From Candidatus Saccharimonadales bacterium (GTDB taxonomy: Bacteria > Patescibacteriota > Saccharimonadia > Saccharimonadales > JBGSXW01), in the NCBI GenBank assembly GCA_041751215.1, contig JBGSXW010000002.1, positions 157,287 to 221,286 of the forward strand: a DNA stretch of 64,000 bases. Direction: 5' to 3'. This document shows positions 55,666 to 64,000 of this stretch, piece after piece. Numbering within the stretch: the first letter of the stretch is position 1; each line of letters starts with the position of its first letter. A program made the position numbers and the translations under genes. Below the pieces are notes generated by a model. It was given only the letters and a program-made list of their open reading frames with translations. It searched no databases and was not told the DNA's origin.

Positions 55666-56244
55666 CTATCCTCCCATACCGTGATGTTTGGCATGAAAGC
55701 TGCCAGCGTCGGAGCTCATGTACTGGATGAAGGCGATGAGCATGCCCATCGCAGCTTCGGCGATGAACACGATGATCAGCTGATCCTGCGGAAGCTGGTC
55801 GTAAACACCAAACATCGACACAGCCACGGACGTACCGGCACCGATCACAGCCGTGAACACAGCACCGATGACTGCAGCAAAGATCAGACTGAAGATGCCC
55901 AGAAAGAACTTCGCAGCCCCACTTCCGGCGTCTTTGTCGGCGAGGAAGGAGGTCGACACCAAGTAGACCAGACCAGCATTGATAGCTCCCGCCATGGTGA
56001 CACCGATGATGCAGGCGATGACCATTGCCTCGACGTTTTCGCTGTCAGCGACCCACACCAACGCCGGCGGTCCTGCGGCGACGAGGCCGATCAGAGCGAA
56101 CCCAGCCCACTCGCTGAGAATCTCGCCGCTGAATGAACGGGCGATGCCGACTGCCATGATGCCGCCACCGAACAAAATCACAAGCCAGAACACATCTGCC
56201 TCCCAGTACTCCAAAGGACAACACAGAATTTCTGCGTTAAGCAT
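55666..56244 (-). CDS. Hypothetical integral membrane protein (Gly/Ala-rich TM helices)
   Basis: It is 192 aa with 4-5 TM helices and small-residue zipper patterns (GxxxG/AxxxA). It ends in HAKHHGMGG. Confidence 0.45.
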   Translation of the reverse strand: MLNAEILCCPLEYWEADVFWLVILFGGGIMAVGIARSFSGEILSEWAGFALIGLVAAGPPALVWVADSENVEAMVIACIIGVTMAGAINAGLVYLVSTSFLADKDAGSGAAKFFLGIFSLIFAAVIGAVFTAVIGAGTSVAVSMFGVYDQLPQDQLIIVFIAEAAMGMLIAFIQYMSSDAGSFHAKHHGMGG

Positions 56245-56298
56245 ATTATACGATAATTTTCTGATTATGCTAGCAGTGAGGCTCGAAGAAAACTCTAC

Positions 56299-56739
56299 CT
56301 ACTCTTTTGCGGATGTATTAAACATCCACTGTACGCCGAACTTGTCTACACAAGAACCAAAATAATCACCCCAAAACATTTCTTGAGGTTTCATCTCTAC
56401 TTTGCCGCCTTCGGATAGTCCGGCGAACAATCGATCAACCTCGGCCCGAGTGTCTGGCTCAAGGTTGATGTACACGTTGTTGCCGGGTTTTAACTCAAAA
56501 CCCATCGACTCTGGAGCATCTGTCCCCATTATTGAGTGGCCGCCCAAAATCTTTAGCTCAACATGCATAACCAAATTCTTGTCTTTTTCACTAAGTTCTG
56601 GCTGTCCATCCTCTATTGGCGCCTCGCCCATTCGGCTAAACCCATCGCCCTCAAACTCGCCGCCAAAGAGTGATTTATAAAAGTTAAAAGCTTCCTCGGT
56701 TTTATCTACAAAGTTTAAATATGTACTGACTCGTGCCAT
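56299..56739 (-). CDS. VOC-superfamily protein (PhnB/YjdN-like, 3-demethylubiquinone-9 3-methyltransferase-domain type)
   Basis: It is 146 aa with YLNFVDKTEEAFNFYKSLFGG... MFWGDYFGSCVDKFGVQWMFN, typical of the PF06983-like glyoxalase fold. Confidence 0.6.
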   Translation of the reverse strand: MARVSTYLNFVDKTEEAFNFYKSLFGGEFEGDGFSRMGEAPIEDGQPELSEKDKNLVMHVELKILGGHSIMGTDAPESMGFELKPGNNVYINLEPDTRAEVDRLFAGLSEGGKVEMKPQEMFWGDYFGSCVDKFGVQWMFNTSAKE

Positions 56740-56775
56740 AACGCCCCCTCTTTTACTTAAACCTAATTATAACTC

Positions 56776-57591
56776 TTAGCGTCCAGTTCTGTTGCGGAAC
56801 ATCCACACAGCAAGCGGTGCAGAAACCGCAATGATACCAACACACCAAACTACCGAGAGCCAGCCAGCATCGCCCATTGGCGTACCGACCAGCAGTGATC
56901 GCATGGCATTAATAACGTGAGTTAGTGGCTGATTTTCGGCAAATGCCCGAAGCGCTGCGGGCATAGTTTCGGTTGGCACAAAGGCGCTAGAGATAAACGT
57001 CAGCGGAAAGATCACGATAAAGCCTACCCACTGGGCAGCCTCTAGGCTTTTTACCATCAAGCCCAAAATTGCCGATAGCCAAGAAATAGCTAGAGTAAAT
57101 AGTATCGATAGTCCAACTACTAGCAACCAATCGTTGGCATCAGCGCTTGGTCTAAAGCCGACCAAAAAGCCGGCTGCAATAATAATGATTCCGGATATGA
57201 CGTTTCTTACTAGGTCGGCGCTGACATGGCCAATTAACAGGGCGCTGCTGGCCATTGGTAGCGAGCGAAAACGATCAACAATCCCCTCTTTTAAATCGAC
57301 GGCCAAGTTAATAGTTGTATAGTTTGCACCAAAAGCTAGCGTCTGAACTAAAATTCCCGCAAACAGGTAGTTGGCATAGCTAACGTCACCGGTGTCGATT
57401 GCTCCGCCCAATACATAGCGGTTGAGCAACATGAACATAATCGGGAACAAGACCAAAGACATAACTTGATCTAGACTGCGCACAATGTGCATGATGCTGC
57501 GCTTGGTTAAAACCCAACAATCAGACAGTGCCCAGAAGAATCCAGACTTTGCCTGCATAGGTGGCTGATTTAGAGTCTCAGATTTGGCCAT
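56776..57591 (-). CDS. ABC-2 type transporter permease
   Basis: It is 271 aa with 6 TM helices and an ABC-2 family layout. It lies 2 nt downstream of its ATPase partner. Confidence 0.75.
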   Translation of the reverse strand: MAKSETLNQPPMQAKSGFFWALSDCWVLTKRSIMHIVRSLDQVMSLVLFPIMFMLLNRYVLGGAIDTGDVSYANYLFAGILVQTLAFGANYTTINLAVDLKEGIVDRFRSLPMASSALLIGHVSADLVRNVISGIIIIAAGFLVGFRPSADANDWLLVVGLSILFTLAISWLSAILGLMVKSLEAAQWVGFIVIFPLTFISSAFVPTETMPAALRAFAENQPLTHVINAMRSLLVGTPMGDAGWLSVVWCVGIIAVSAPLAVWMFRNRTGR

Positions 57592-57592
57592 T

Positions 57593-58591
57593 TTATTTTC
57601 CCTTCTTCTTTGTGGTTTTGGTAGCCTTGGTTTCAGTTGTGGCTTTATGGCCAGTTAGCGACAAGAACACGTCATCGAGAGTTGGCCGGCGCAGAGAAAC
57701 GTTTTCAACCTCGACACCAGCATCTTCGAGTTTTTGCAGCAACTGTTTGAGCTTGGTTACGCCGCCCTTGCTGGCAAAGCTTAAGACTCGTGACTCGGTG
57801 TTAATCTCTACCTTCTCGCCCTTAACTGCTTGCTTGGCTGCATCAAGAGTGCTCTTTTCGGCAATGGTTAGATCGACGTGATCCGCGCCAACCTTAGACT
57901 TAAGAGTGTTTGATGTGCCCTCGGCAATAACTTTGCCGTTATCGATTACTACGATGTTATCGGCCAAATGATCGGCCTCGTCCATATACTGAGTCGTTAA
58001 AAGAATAGTGGTGCCGCTATCCGCCAGCTTTTTAATAATCGACCACATGGTAAGACGGCTGCGGGGATCTAGGCCGGTGGTTGGCTCGTCTAAAAAGATA
58101 ATTGGCGGCGAGGCAATTAAGCTCATGGCCAGGTCGATTCGTCGTTTCATGCCGCCAGAATAGTTTTTTACTGGCCGATTAGCAGCTTCTTCTAGGTCGA
58201 ACTGTTTAAGCAGAGTTGCTGTGCGCTTAGCGATTTCATCTTTGCTTAGGCGGTACAGACGCCCAATCATATGTAGGTTTTCTTTACCGGTAAGGTACTC
58301 ATCAACTGCCGCAAACTGACCGGTTAGGCCGATGCTCTCTCTAACTTCTTGCGGCTGATTTATAATGTCGTAACCGTTAATCTGGGCACTGCCACTGTCA
58401 GAGTCGATCAGCGTGCTCAAAATTCTAACTGTGGTAGTTTTACCGGCGCCGTTGGGTCCAAGCACCGCTAGAATCGTGCCGCGCTTAACAGTAAAATTGA
58501 TTCCCTTAAGAACTTCTAGATCCTTGAACGACTTCTTTAGATCACTGACAACAATTGCGTTGTCTGGGTTTTGTGTTTCATCTTTACTCAC
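57593..58591 (-). CDS. ABC transporter ATP-binding protein (DrrA-like)
   Basis: It has GPNGAGKTTT Walker A, the LSGGMKRR signature, ILLTTQYMDEAD Walker B/D-loop and a C-terminal extension. Confidence 0.88.
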   Translation of the reverse strand: MSKDETQNPDNAIVVSDLKKSFKDLEVLKGINFTVKRGTILAVLGPNGAGKTTTVRILSTLIDSDSGSAQINGYDIINQPQEVRESIGLTGQFAAVDEYLTGKENLHMIGRLYRLSKDEIAKRTATLLKQFDLEEAANRPVKNYSGGMKRRIDLAMSLIASPPIIFLDEPTTGLDPRSRLTMWSIIKKLADSGTTILLTTQYMDEADHLADNIVVIDNGKVIAEGTSNTLKSKVGADHVDLTIAEKSTLDAAKQAVKGEKVEINTESRVLSFASKGGVTKLKQLLQKLEDAGVEVENVSLRRPTLDDVFLSLTGHKATTETKATKTTKKKGK

Positions 58592-58660
58592 TCAAGCAAC
58601 CTCTCGTCTTTACTGAGTTTTTAACTTATTTAGATTAGCACAGCTAACAATAGTCAGGAA

Positions 58661-60559
58661 CTACAATTCTTCGTGAATTTGCTTTTGCCAAAGCGAATAG
58701 TACCGCCCCTCTTGAGCCAGCAGCTGCTGGTGGGTACCTTCTTCGATAATTTTTCCCTCATGCATAACGATAATTCGATCTAGCCCAGCTACAGTGCTGA
58801 GGCGATGCGCAATTACAATAGCTGTTCGTTTGCCAATGATCTCTGGCAGCGCGTTTTGGATAATCTTTTCGCTTTCGCTATCGAGTGCGCTGGTCGCTTC
58901 ATCAAACAGCATAATCGGTGCGTTCTTTAAGATGGCTCTAGCAATTACAATGCGCTGCTTTTGGCCGCCGCTGACCTTGACTCCGCGCTCGCCAACAATC
59001 GTGTTGTAGCCATCGGGCAAGTCTTTAATAAACTCGTCGGCATGAGCCGCTTTAGCCGCCCGGGCAATATCGGCTTGCTTGGTGTTTTCTCTAAAGTAGG
59101 CGATGTTCTCTTTGACGCTGCGGTGAAATAACAGTGGCTCCTGAGGAATGTAGGCAATGTTTTGTCGCAAATCGCCTTGTTTGATCTCGCGTATGTCCGT
59201 GCCGTCGATGTTGATGGAGCCGCCAGTTACGTCGTCAAAGCGCATCAGCAAACTCGCAAGCGTACTTTTGCCGGCACCACTTAGTCCCACGACGCCCACT
59301 TGCTCGCCAGCTTTAATGTGAATGTTTAGGTTCTTAAATACTGAGGTGTTGCGGTATTTCCCCGATGAGCGATACTCAAAGTCGACGCTGTCGATGTTAA
59401 TTTCGCCGCGCGCTCGACCTAAGGTTTTAGGAGACTGCGGATCTTTAATGTCTTCGTTCTCATTTTTTAAGTACTCGAGTGTTGGATAAATCTTAGTTGT
59501 TAGATCATCGTGCTGATAGAGCAAGTTTGGGAGTTCGCCGATATTGCGCAGGATCTGGAACATGTAGGTTAGGGTCAAAACAATCAAGCCGATTTGCGCA
59601 GGGTCACTCTTTGAGCTACTGACCACAATATAAAAAGCCGCGGTTACCCCAAATGCGGTTATAAGCGAGCGTGGATAGTCCAAAATCACGCCCATCTTTT
59701 TTCTAACCATAAAGGTCGCCGTTTCTTCTTTGGCTAGCTTATGAATTCGGCTTTCGGCGCGGTCTTCCATACCCGAGGATTTGTAGGCCACGATGTTAGT
59801 AATCTCGTCCGCCACCTCACCGGTAATCTTTCTATAGATCTCGTGTGCCTGCGCTCGGTACTTGTTCATGCGCTTTGAGGCCCAAGTTATGTAGAACAGC
59901 TGAATGATAACAATCACTAAAGCAATTGAACCAAGGCGCCAATCGGCAACCCAGAGCACGCTTATCGGGGCAACCAGTGAAACTGCAGCCCTAGTAACTT
60001 CGCCCCGAATTAAGCGGACAAATTGCATCATGCTGTCCAAATGTTGGCGAAAAACACTGGCTAAGTAGCCAGTCTGATTGTCTCTGTAAAATGACATGTC
60101 CTTACTGGTTAGCTTTTTATGAAAACCAACTGAGAGCTTTTCGTACTCAAGATTCTCGGTGTGCACCGATACAATCTCGCCAATTGCACCAATAGTTGCA
60201 GCGGCAACAAAGACCGCCAAAAACCACAACACATTACTTTTAGCCGCCTCAAAATCCCCGGCTGCAAGATTAGTGACAGCACTAGCCATGATTACTATGG
60301 TCACGATTCTGCTCAAGATAGTGCGAGCGATCTCGGCCAAAAACCCAAACCACTGTCCGGGATTCCGGCCATAGGTACTCAATATGTATTTATAGACATC
60401 TCGGTTCATCTGCTTCTCGCTTAAGATCAGTATATCACCGGGGGTTGATGGCCTTGCTATAATTAGATAGTAAACTTTGGAGGTTCTATGCAAGTTGGAG
60501 ACGATGTAAGACGAGCAGCCCAGCAAGCTAAAGACCAAGCCCGGCAACACCGGGATCAA
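58661..60559 (-). CDS. ABC exporter, fused permease-ATPase (MsbA/multidrug type). The likely true start is near 60410 (MNRDVY).
   Basis: It has 6 N-terminal TM helices, then GLSGAGKST Walker A, the VSGGQKQR signature and MLFDEATSALD Walker B. Confidence 0.85.
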   Translation of the reverse strand: MIPVLPGLVFSLLGCSSYIVSNLHRTSKVYYLIIARPSTPGDILILSEKQMNRDVYKYILSTYGRNPGQWFGFLAEIARTILSRIVTIVIMASAVTNLAAGDFEAAKSNVLWFLAVFVAAATIGAIGEIVSVHTENLEYEKLSVGFHKKLTSKDMSFYRDNQTGYLASVFRQHLDSMMQFVRLIRGEVTRAAVSLVAPISVLWVADWRLGSIALVIVIIQLFYITWASKRMNKYRAQAHEIYRKITGEVADEITNIVAYKSSGMEDRAESRIHKLAKEETATFMVRKKMGVILDYPRSLITAFGVTAAFYIVVSSSKSDPAQIGLIVLTLTYMFQILRNIGELPNLLYQHDDLTTKIYPTLEYLKNENEDIKDPQSPKTLGRARGEINIDSVDFEYRSSGKYRNTSVFKNLNIHIKAGEQVGVVGLSGAGKSTLASLLMRFDDVTGGSINIDGTDIREIKQGDLRQNIAYIPQEPLLFHRSVKENIAYFRENTKQADIARAAKAAHADEFIKDLPDGYNTIVGERGVKVSGGQKQRIVIARAILKNAPIMLFDEATSALDSESEKIIQNALPEIIGKRTAIVIAHRLSTVAGLDRIIVMHEGKIIEEGTHQQLLAQEGRYYSLWQKQIHEEL

Positions 60560-60700
60560 GCAAGGAATATGCGCGATTCTGCAAATGAACTAGAGCGCGT
60601 AGCCGATCAGCTCGAAGCCGAGGCCCTAACGCTAGACAAGCAAGCTCAAACTATTGACCACGCAACCGATCAAGCCAATCGCACCGCCAACGGCATGTAA
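60488..60700 (+). CDS. Small hypothetical coiled-coil protein (70 aa)
   Basis: It has a strong GGAGG RBS 5 nt upstream of the ATG. The product is a Q/R/D-rich helix and the gene is divergent from the ABC exporter. Confidence 0.35.
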   Translation: MQVGDDVRRAAQQAKDQARQHRDQARNMRDSANELERVADQLEAEALTLDKQAQTIDHATDQANRTANGM

Positions 60701-60768
60701 GCTAACTCAGCTCTAGTTGTGCTGCTTCCTCCTACCGAGTACAATTGATTTAACTAATTGGACTTTAT

Positions 60769-61863
60769 ATGAGCTCGCAGGTTGTTAAGGACACAAAAGA
60801 AAACCGACATCTTTGGGGAGTTACCGTCATTATTGCTCTTGTTGGAGCCTTCTTTTTTGTCCGACCATTCTTTTCTCTCATAATTCTCAGCTTGTTAATG
60901 GCCTACCTCTTTAACCCAGCTTATAAGTGGACGCTTAAAAAAGTTGGCAACTCTAAAAGTGCGGCGGCAACCCTTACAACACTGTTTTCAATTTTTGTCG
61001 TAGGCCTGCCGGTTCTAGCGATTGTAGCCATAGCCGTAGCTCAAGGAATTAAACTTGTTGATACTCTAGGTCTTGGAGAGGTATTTGCTAACAACTCCGA
61101 CTACACCACCGCCCTGCAAAGTTTAGTTGATTACGTGAATAAACTTATTTCTAGCGGAACCGGCATAAAAGATGCTCTGAGCTACGACCAAGTTCTTTCA
61201 TTTTTCCAGAGTACCTTACCTCAAGTAATCCAGAGTCTCATTGACGCCCTCCTGGGCATTGTCAGCGGAATTCCCGGCTTCTTTATGAACTTAATTATTT
61301 ACTTGTTCTTGTTTACCGGCATCCTGGTTAACCAGACGCGCTTACTAGAAGTTGTGCGCTATCTTAGCCCATTTGAAGATCACGTTAACGATCTTTACCT
61401 AAAGCGAATTGGGGCCATGACATCAGCCATGGTTCGCGGTCAATTTATTATTGCGTTTGCTCAAGGTTTAGCTACAGCCGCTGCGCTGGCAATCGTCGGC
61501 CTGGAAAGTTACTTCTTGTTCTTTACCTTGATTTTCACCTTCCTATCGATCATCCCCCTAGGCGCCGGAGTTATTACCATACCGCTAGGAATCATCATGA
61601 TTTTGCTCGGCGATGTTTGGCAAGGCTCGTTGGTGCTAATAAACCACTTCGTCGTTGTTACAAATATTGATAACGTGTTGCGCCCGAAGCTGGTTCCCAA
61701 GAATGCCAGACTGGCTGCGTCTTTGATAATTCTTTCTGCACTCTCTGGCGTACTCTATTTTGGTGTACTAGGCGTAGTCTACGGACCGGTAATCATGATT
61801 GTTATCGTTACCACCATCGAAACTTACGTGAACATGCGCAAAGCGCAAATCAAGGCTGCTTAG
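60769..61863 (+). CDS. AI-2E family transporter (PerM/YdiK/TqsA-like, UPF0118)
   Basis: It is 364 aa with about 8 TM helices. The N-terminus (RHLWGVTVIIALVGAFFFVRPFFSLIILSLLMAYLFNP) is typical of AI-2E. Confidence 0.75.
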   Translation: MSSQVVKDTKENRHLWGVTVIIALVGAFFFVRPFFSLIILSLLMAYLFNPAYKWTLKKVGNSKSAAATLTTLFSIFVVGLPVLAIVAIAVAQGIKLVDTLGLGEVFANNSDYTTALQSLVDYVNKLISSGTGIKDALSYDQVLSFFQSTLPQVIQSLIDALLGIVSGIPGFFMNLIIYLFLFTGILVNQTRLLEVVRYLSPFEDHVNDLYLKRIGAMTSAMVRGQFIIAFAQGLATAAALAIVGLESYFLFFTLIFTFLSIIPLGAGVITIPLGIIMILLGDVWQGSLVLINHFVVVTNIDNVLRPKLVPKNARLAASLIILSALSGVLYFGVLGVVYGPVIMIVIVTTIETYVNMRKAQIKAA

Positions 61864-63686
61864 CGGCGTTTGCGCTGATTCGGATCGAGCTCGCGTTTGC
61901 GCAGGCGTAAAGACTGCGGTGTTACTTCTAGAAGTTCGTCGTTCTCAATAAAGTCGATGGCCTCTTCTAGACTGAAGATTGTTGGCGGTGTTAACTGAAC
62001 CACACCATCAGATGATTTACTGCGCATGTTGGTTAAGTGCTTAGCCTTACAGACATTGATTTCCATGTCCTCGCCACGGCTGTTGAGTCCGACGATCTGT
62101 CCGGCGTAAACCTTTACGGCTGGTTCAACAAAACTAGTTCCGCGCTCCTGGGCAGTTTGGAGTGCATAAGGAGTCGTGACGCCAGTTTCCCAGGCGATCA
62201 AAACGCCGTTTCTGAGCTGTTGCATTTCGGCACCCATTGGCTGGTAACCAATCATCAAGCTGTTCATAACAATCGTACCTTTAGTGTTGGTCATAAGAAT
62301 GTTGCGCAGACCAAGCAGTGCGCGGGTTGGTAGCTCGTAAACTAGTTTGGTAACACCCTTAGGGCTAGCAAACTGTTCTTTAAGAGTTGCTCGGCGCTGT
62401 CCAAGTTCCATCTGAACTGTTCCAACGTGCTCGGCTGGAACTTCAATAAGAAGTTCTTCGAGTGGTTCCATGACTTTGCCGTCGGTTTCCTTCGTGACAA
62501 CTTGTGGACGCCCTACTTCAAACTCATAGCCCTCACGGCGCATGGTTTCAATTAAGACGCTCAGGTGTAGTTCACCGCGGCCGCTCACTAAGAAACCGAT
62601 GGCGTCTTCTTCTACGCGCAAGCCGACATTAGTTTCTAGCTCTTTTTGTAATCGTTCGCCGATTTGGCGCGAAGTTGTAAATTCGCCTTCAAGTCCCTTA
62701 AAAGGAGAGGTGTTTGGGCCAAGATAGATCTTAAGCGTTGGGGCCTCAACTTCCATAACCGGCAAAGCTTCGGGGTGTTCAGGATCAGCAATAGTTTCAC
62801 CGATTTGAGCATCAGCAACACCGGTAAGTTGCACAATGTCGCCTGCTACACCCTGGGCGACTTCAAATTTACTCAAACCATGACTCATGTAGACAGCGTC
62901 TACTCGCGCCTTGGTTTGACTGCCATCTTTGCGACAAAGAGTGACTGGCTCGCCGCCTTTGATGCGCCCACGCGTAATGCGGCCAACTGCGTACTTACCT
63001 TTAAAGTTATCCCATGCCAGCGCAGTAACCATCAACTGAAATGGTTTGTCGAGCTCAACGGAAGGCGCTGGAATGGTTTTGATAATGGCATCAAAAATAA
63101 TTGCTAGATCTCCATCGGCTTCTGAGTCTGCTGGAGGAGACTCCCAGGCCTTGCCAGCTCGGCCAACCGCGTAGTAAACCGGGTAGTGCAGCTGGTCTTC
63201 GTGAACTGCTAGCTCTAAGAACAGATCAGCTAGCTCGTCCTCGACTTCCTTAATGCGGCTTCCGGCTTTATCAATTTTGTTAATCACGACAATTGGAGTC
63301 AGCTCATTAGCCAGCGCCTTGCCTAAAACAAACTTAGTTTGGGGCATCGGCCCCTCTTGAGCATCAACGATCAGCAAACAACCATCTGCCATGTTTAGCG
63401 TTCGCTCAACTTCACCGCTGAAGTCGGCGTGTCCTGGGGTATCAATAATGTTTAGGCGATAATCATCTTTTTGAACTGAAGTGACTTTTGCGGTAATTGT
63501 AATGCCGCGCTCGCGTTCTTGGTCGCCACTATCCATGATTAGCTCTTGGCTCATCTCGGCTTGGTTATCTCGAAAAGTTTGCGATTGCTTGAGCAAACCA
63601 TCAACCAACGTGGTCTTGCCGTGGTCAACGTGAGCAATGATTGCAATGTTGCGAATTTTAGATGGATCTTGGGTAGCTTGACTCAT
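61860..63686 (-). CDS. typA: Translational GTPase TypA/BipA
   Basis: It has the AHVDHGKTTL G1 motif, DTPGHADF G3 motif and NKIDK G4 motif, with EF-G-like domains. It is 608 aa. Confidence 0.92.
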   Translation of the reverse strand: MSQATQDPSKIRNIAIIAHVDHGKTTLVDGLLKQSQTFRDNQAEMSQELIMDSGDQERERGITITAKVTSVQKDDYRLNIIDTPGHADFSGEVERTLNMADGCLLIVDAQEGPMPQTKFVLGKALANELTPIVVINKIDKAGSRIKEVEDELADLFLELAVHEDQLHYPVYYAVGRAGKAWESPPADSEADGDLAIIFDAIIKTIPAPSVELDKPFQLMVTALAWDNFKGKYAVGRITRGRIKGGEPVTLCRKDGSQTKARVDAVYMSHGLSKFEVAQGVAGDIVQLTGVADAQIGETIADPEHPEALPVMEVEAPTLKIYLGPNTSPFKGLEGEFTTSRQIGERLQKELETNVGLRVEEDAIGFLVSGRGELHLSVLIETMRREGYEFEVGRPQVVTKETDGKVMEPLEELLIEVPAEHVGTVQMELGQRRATLKEQFASPKGVTKLVYELPTRALLGLRNILMTNTKGTIVMNSLMIGYQPMGAEMQQLRNGVLIAWETGVTTPYALQTAQERGTSFVEPAVKVYAGQIVGLNSRGEDMEINVCKAKHLTNMRSKSSDGVVQLTPPTIFSLEEAIDFIENDELLEVTPQSLRLRKRELDPNQRKRR

Positions 63687-63773
63687 AAAAAATAGCGCCT
63701 CTTTCTGCGCTACAAAACATAACGTATATCCCCTTAATTATGACATAAGCAGATTAATTAAGCAACAGTAGTA

Positions 63774-64000
63774 TCAATATTGGGCGGTTTTGCCCGCTCG
63801 GAGGTCATCGCACGAAATTTTGACCAGTTTACGAAGAACGTCAGAGTCGATATCCTCAAGTTTTTTAACATAGATGCAGGACTTGCTGTGAGTGAACTTG
63901 CCGAGCTTGTCCACTAAATTCTTGTAATCCTTGAACCCAAACATAATGTATATGGTGAGATTTTGTTTGCGCGGCGCAAAGCCAGTTAGGAACCATTCTC
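63774..64000 (-). CDS. Partial CDS (C-terminal 75 aa in the window) of a hypothetical protein, possibly DUF1801/YdhG-like
   Basis: My hand translation of the minus strand ends ...KDYKNLVDKLGKFTHSKSCIYVKKLEDIDSDVLRKLVKISCDDLRAGKTAQY*. The N-terminus lies outside the window. Confidence 0.3.
   Translation of the reverse strand, partial: EWFLTGFAPRKQNLTIYIMFGFKDYKNLVDKLGKFTHSKSCIYVKKLEDIDSDVLRKLVKISCDDLRAGKTAQY

Noticed and set aside
55681-56136. 151-aa + strand ORF (His/Asp/Arg-rich) overlapping the minus-strand membrane protein 55666..56244
   Set aside because: The minus-strand product has clear TM helices and a terminator placed for it. The + strand ORF is low complexity (DEHDD, HRHSHGRTGTDH) and lacks an RBS, so it is most likely a shadow ORF.
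55666-56244. Membrane protein gene as a horizontally acquired GC-rich segment
   Set aside because: Hand counts gave about 54-57% GC against about 52% for a housekeeping sample. The difference is too small to support a horizontal transfer claim without a genome-wide baseline.
1-64000. CRISPR arrays, prophage, integrase/transposase/IS elements, rRNA, other tRNAs
   Set aside because: I scanned the intergenic regions and ORF products by eye and found no repeat-spacer arrays. No protein has integrase (R..H..R..Y), DDE transposase or phage structural motifs. Only one tRNA-like cloverleaf could be folded. Consequently the 'island' status of the tRNA-proximal gene rests on position and composition only.

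Overview
This 64 kb window is a dense, mostly minus-strand block of bacterial housekeeping genes. It has no rRNA, no CRISPR array and no recognisable transposase or integrase. The core genes I could call are nusA (partial), pepN, rnhB, rplS, an NAD(P)-malic enzyme, a PilB-type pilus ATPase, dnaE, gatC-gatA-X-gatB, uvrB, a glycolysis/pentose-phosphate block (PfkB kinase, class I FBP aldolase, split transketolase, rpe, rpiB, gap, ppa), a thiol-redox cluster (cytochrome b5-like, trxB, DsbB-like, glutaredoxin-like, FKBP), rplY/ctc, pheST, a type II NADH dehydrogenase, an FAD-linked oxidase, rmuC, three ABC exporter genes, an AI-2E transporter and typA. The class I aldolase, split transketolase, CarS-family cytidylyltransferase and many small membrane proteins suggest, by inference only, a reduced Patescibacteria/Saccharibacteria-like genome of about 50% GC. 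The best candidate for a novel system is a 543-aa protein directly 3' of a tRNA-Gln(CUG) gene. It has a C-terminal HEPN-like R-x4-H-G motif and lower GC than its surroundings, which fits a single-gene abortive-infection or RNase-type defence effector. Other items worth a second look are a membrane-anchored RNxxxH mini-protein coupled inside the gatCAB operon, a three-gene lipid head-group module (CDP-alcohol phosphatidyltransferase, PHP phosphoesterase, CarS-like), a LOG/TIGR00725 protein coupled to a 413-aa unknown, and several small exported or membrane proteins. All calls rest on motif recognition by eye and none was checked against a database.
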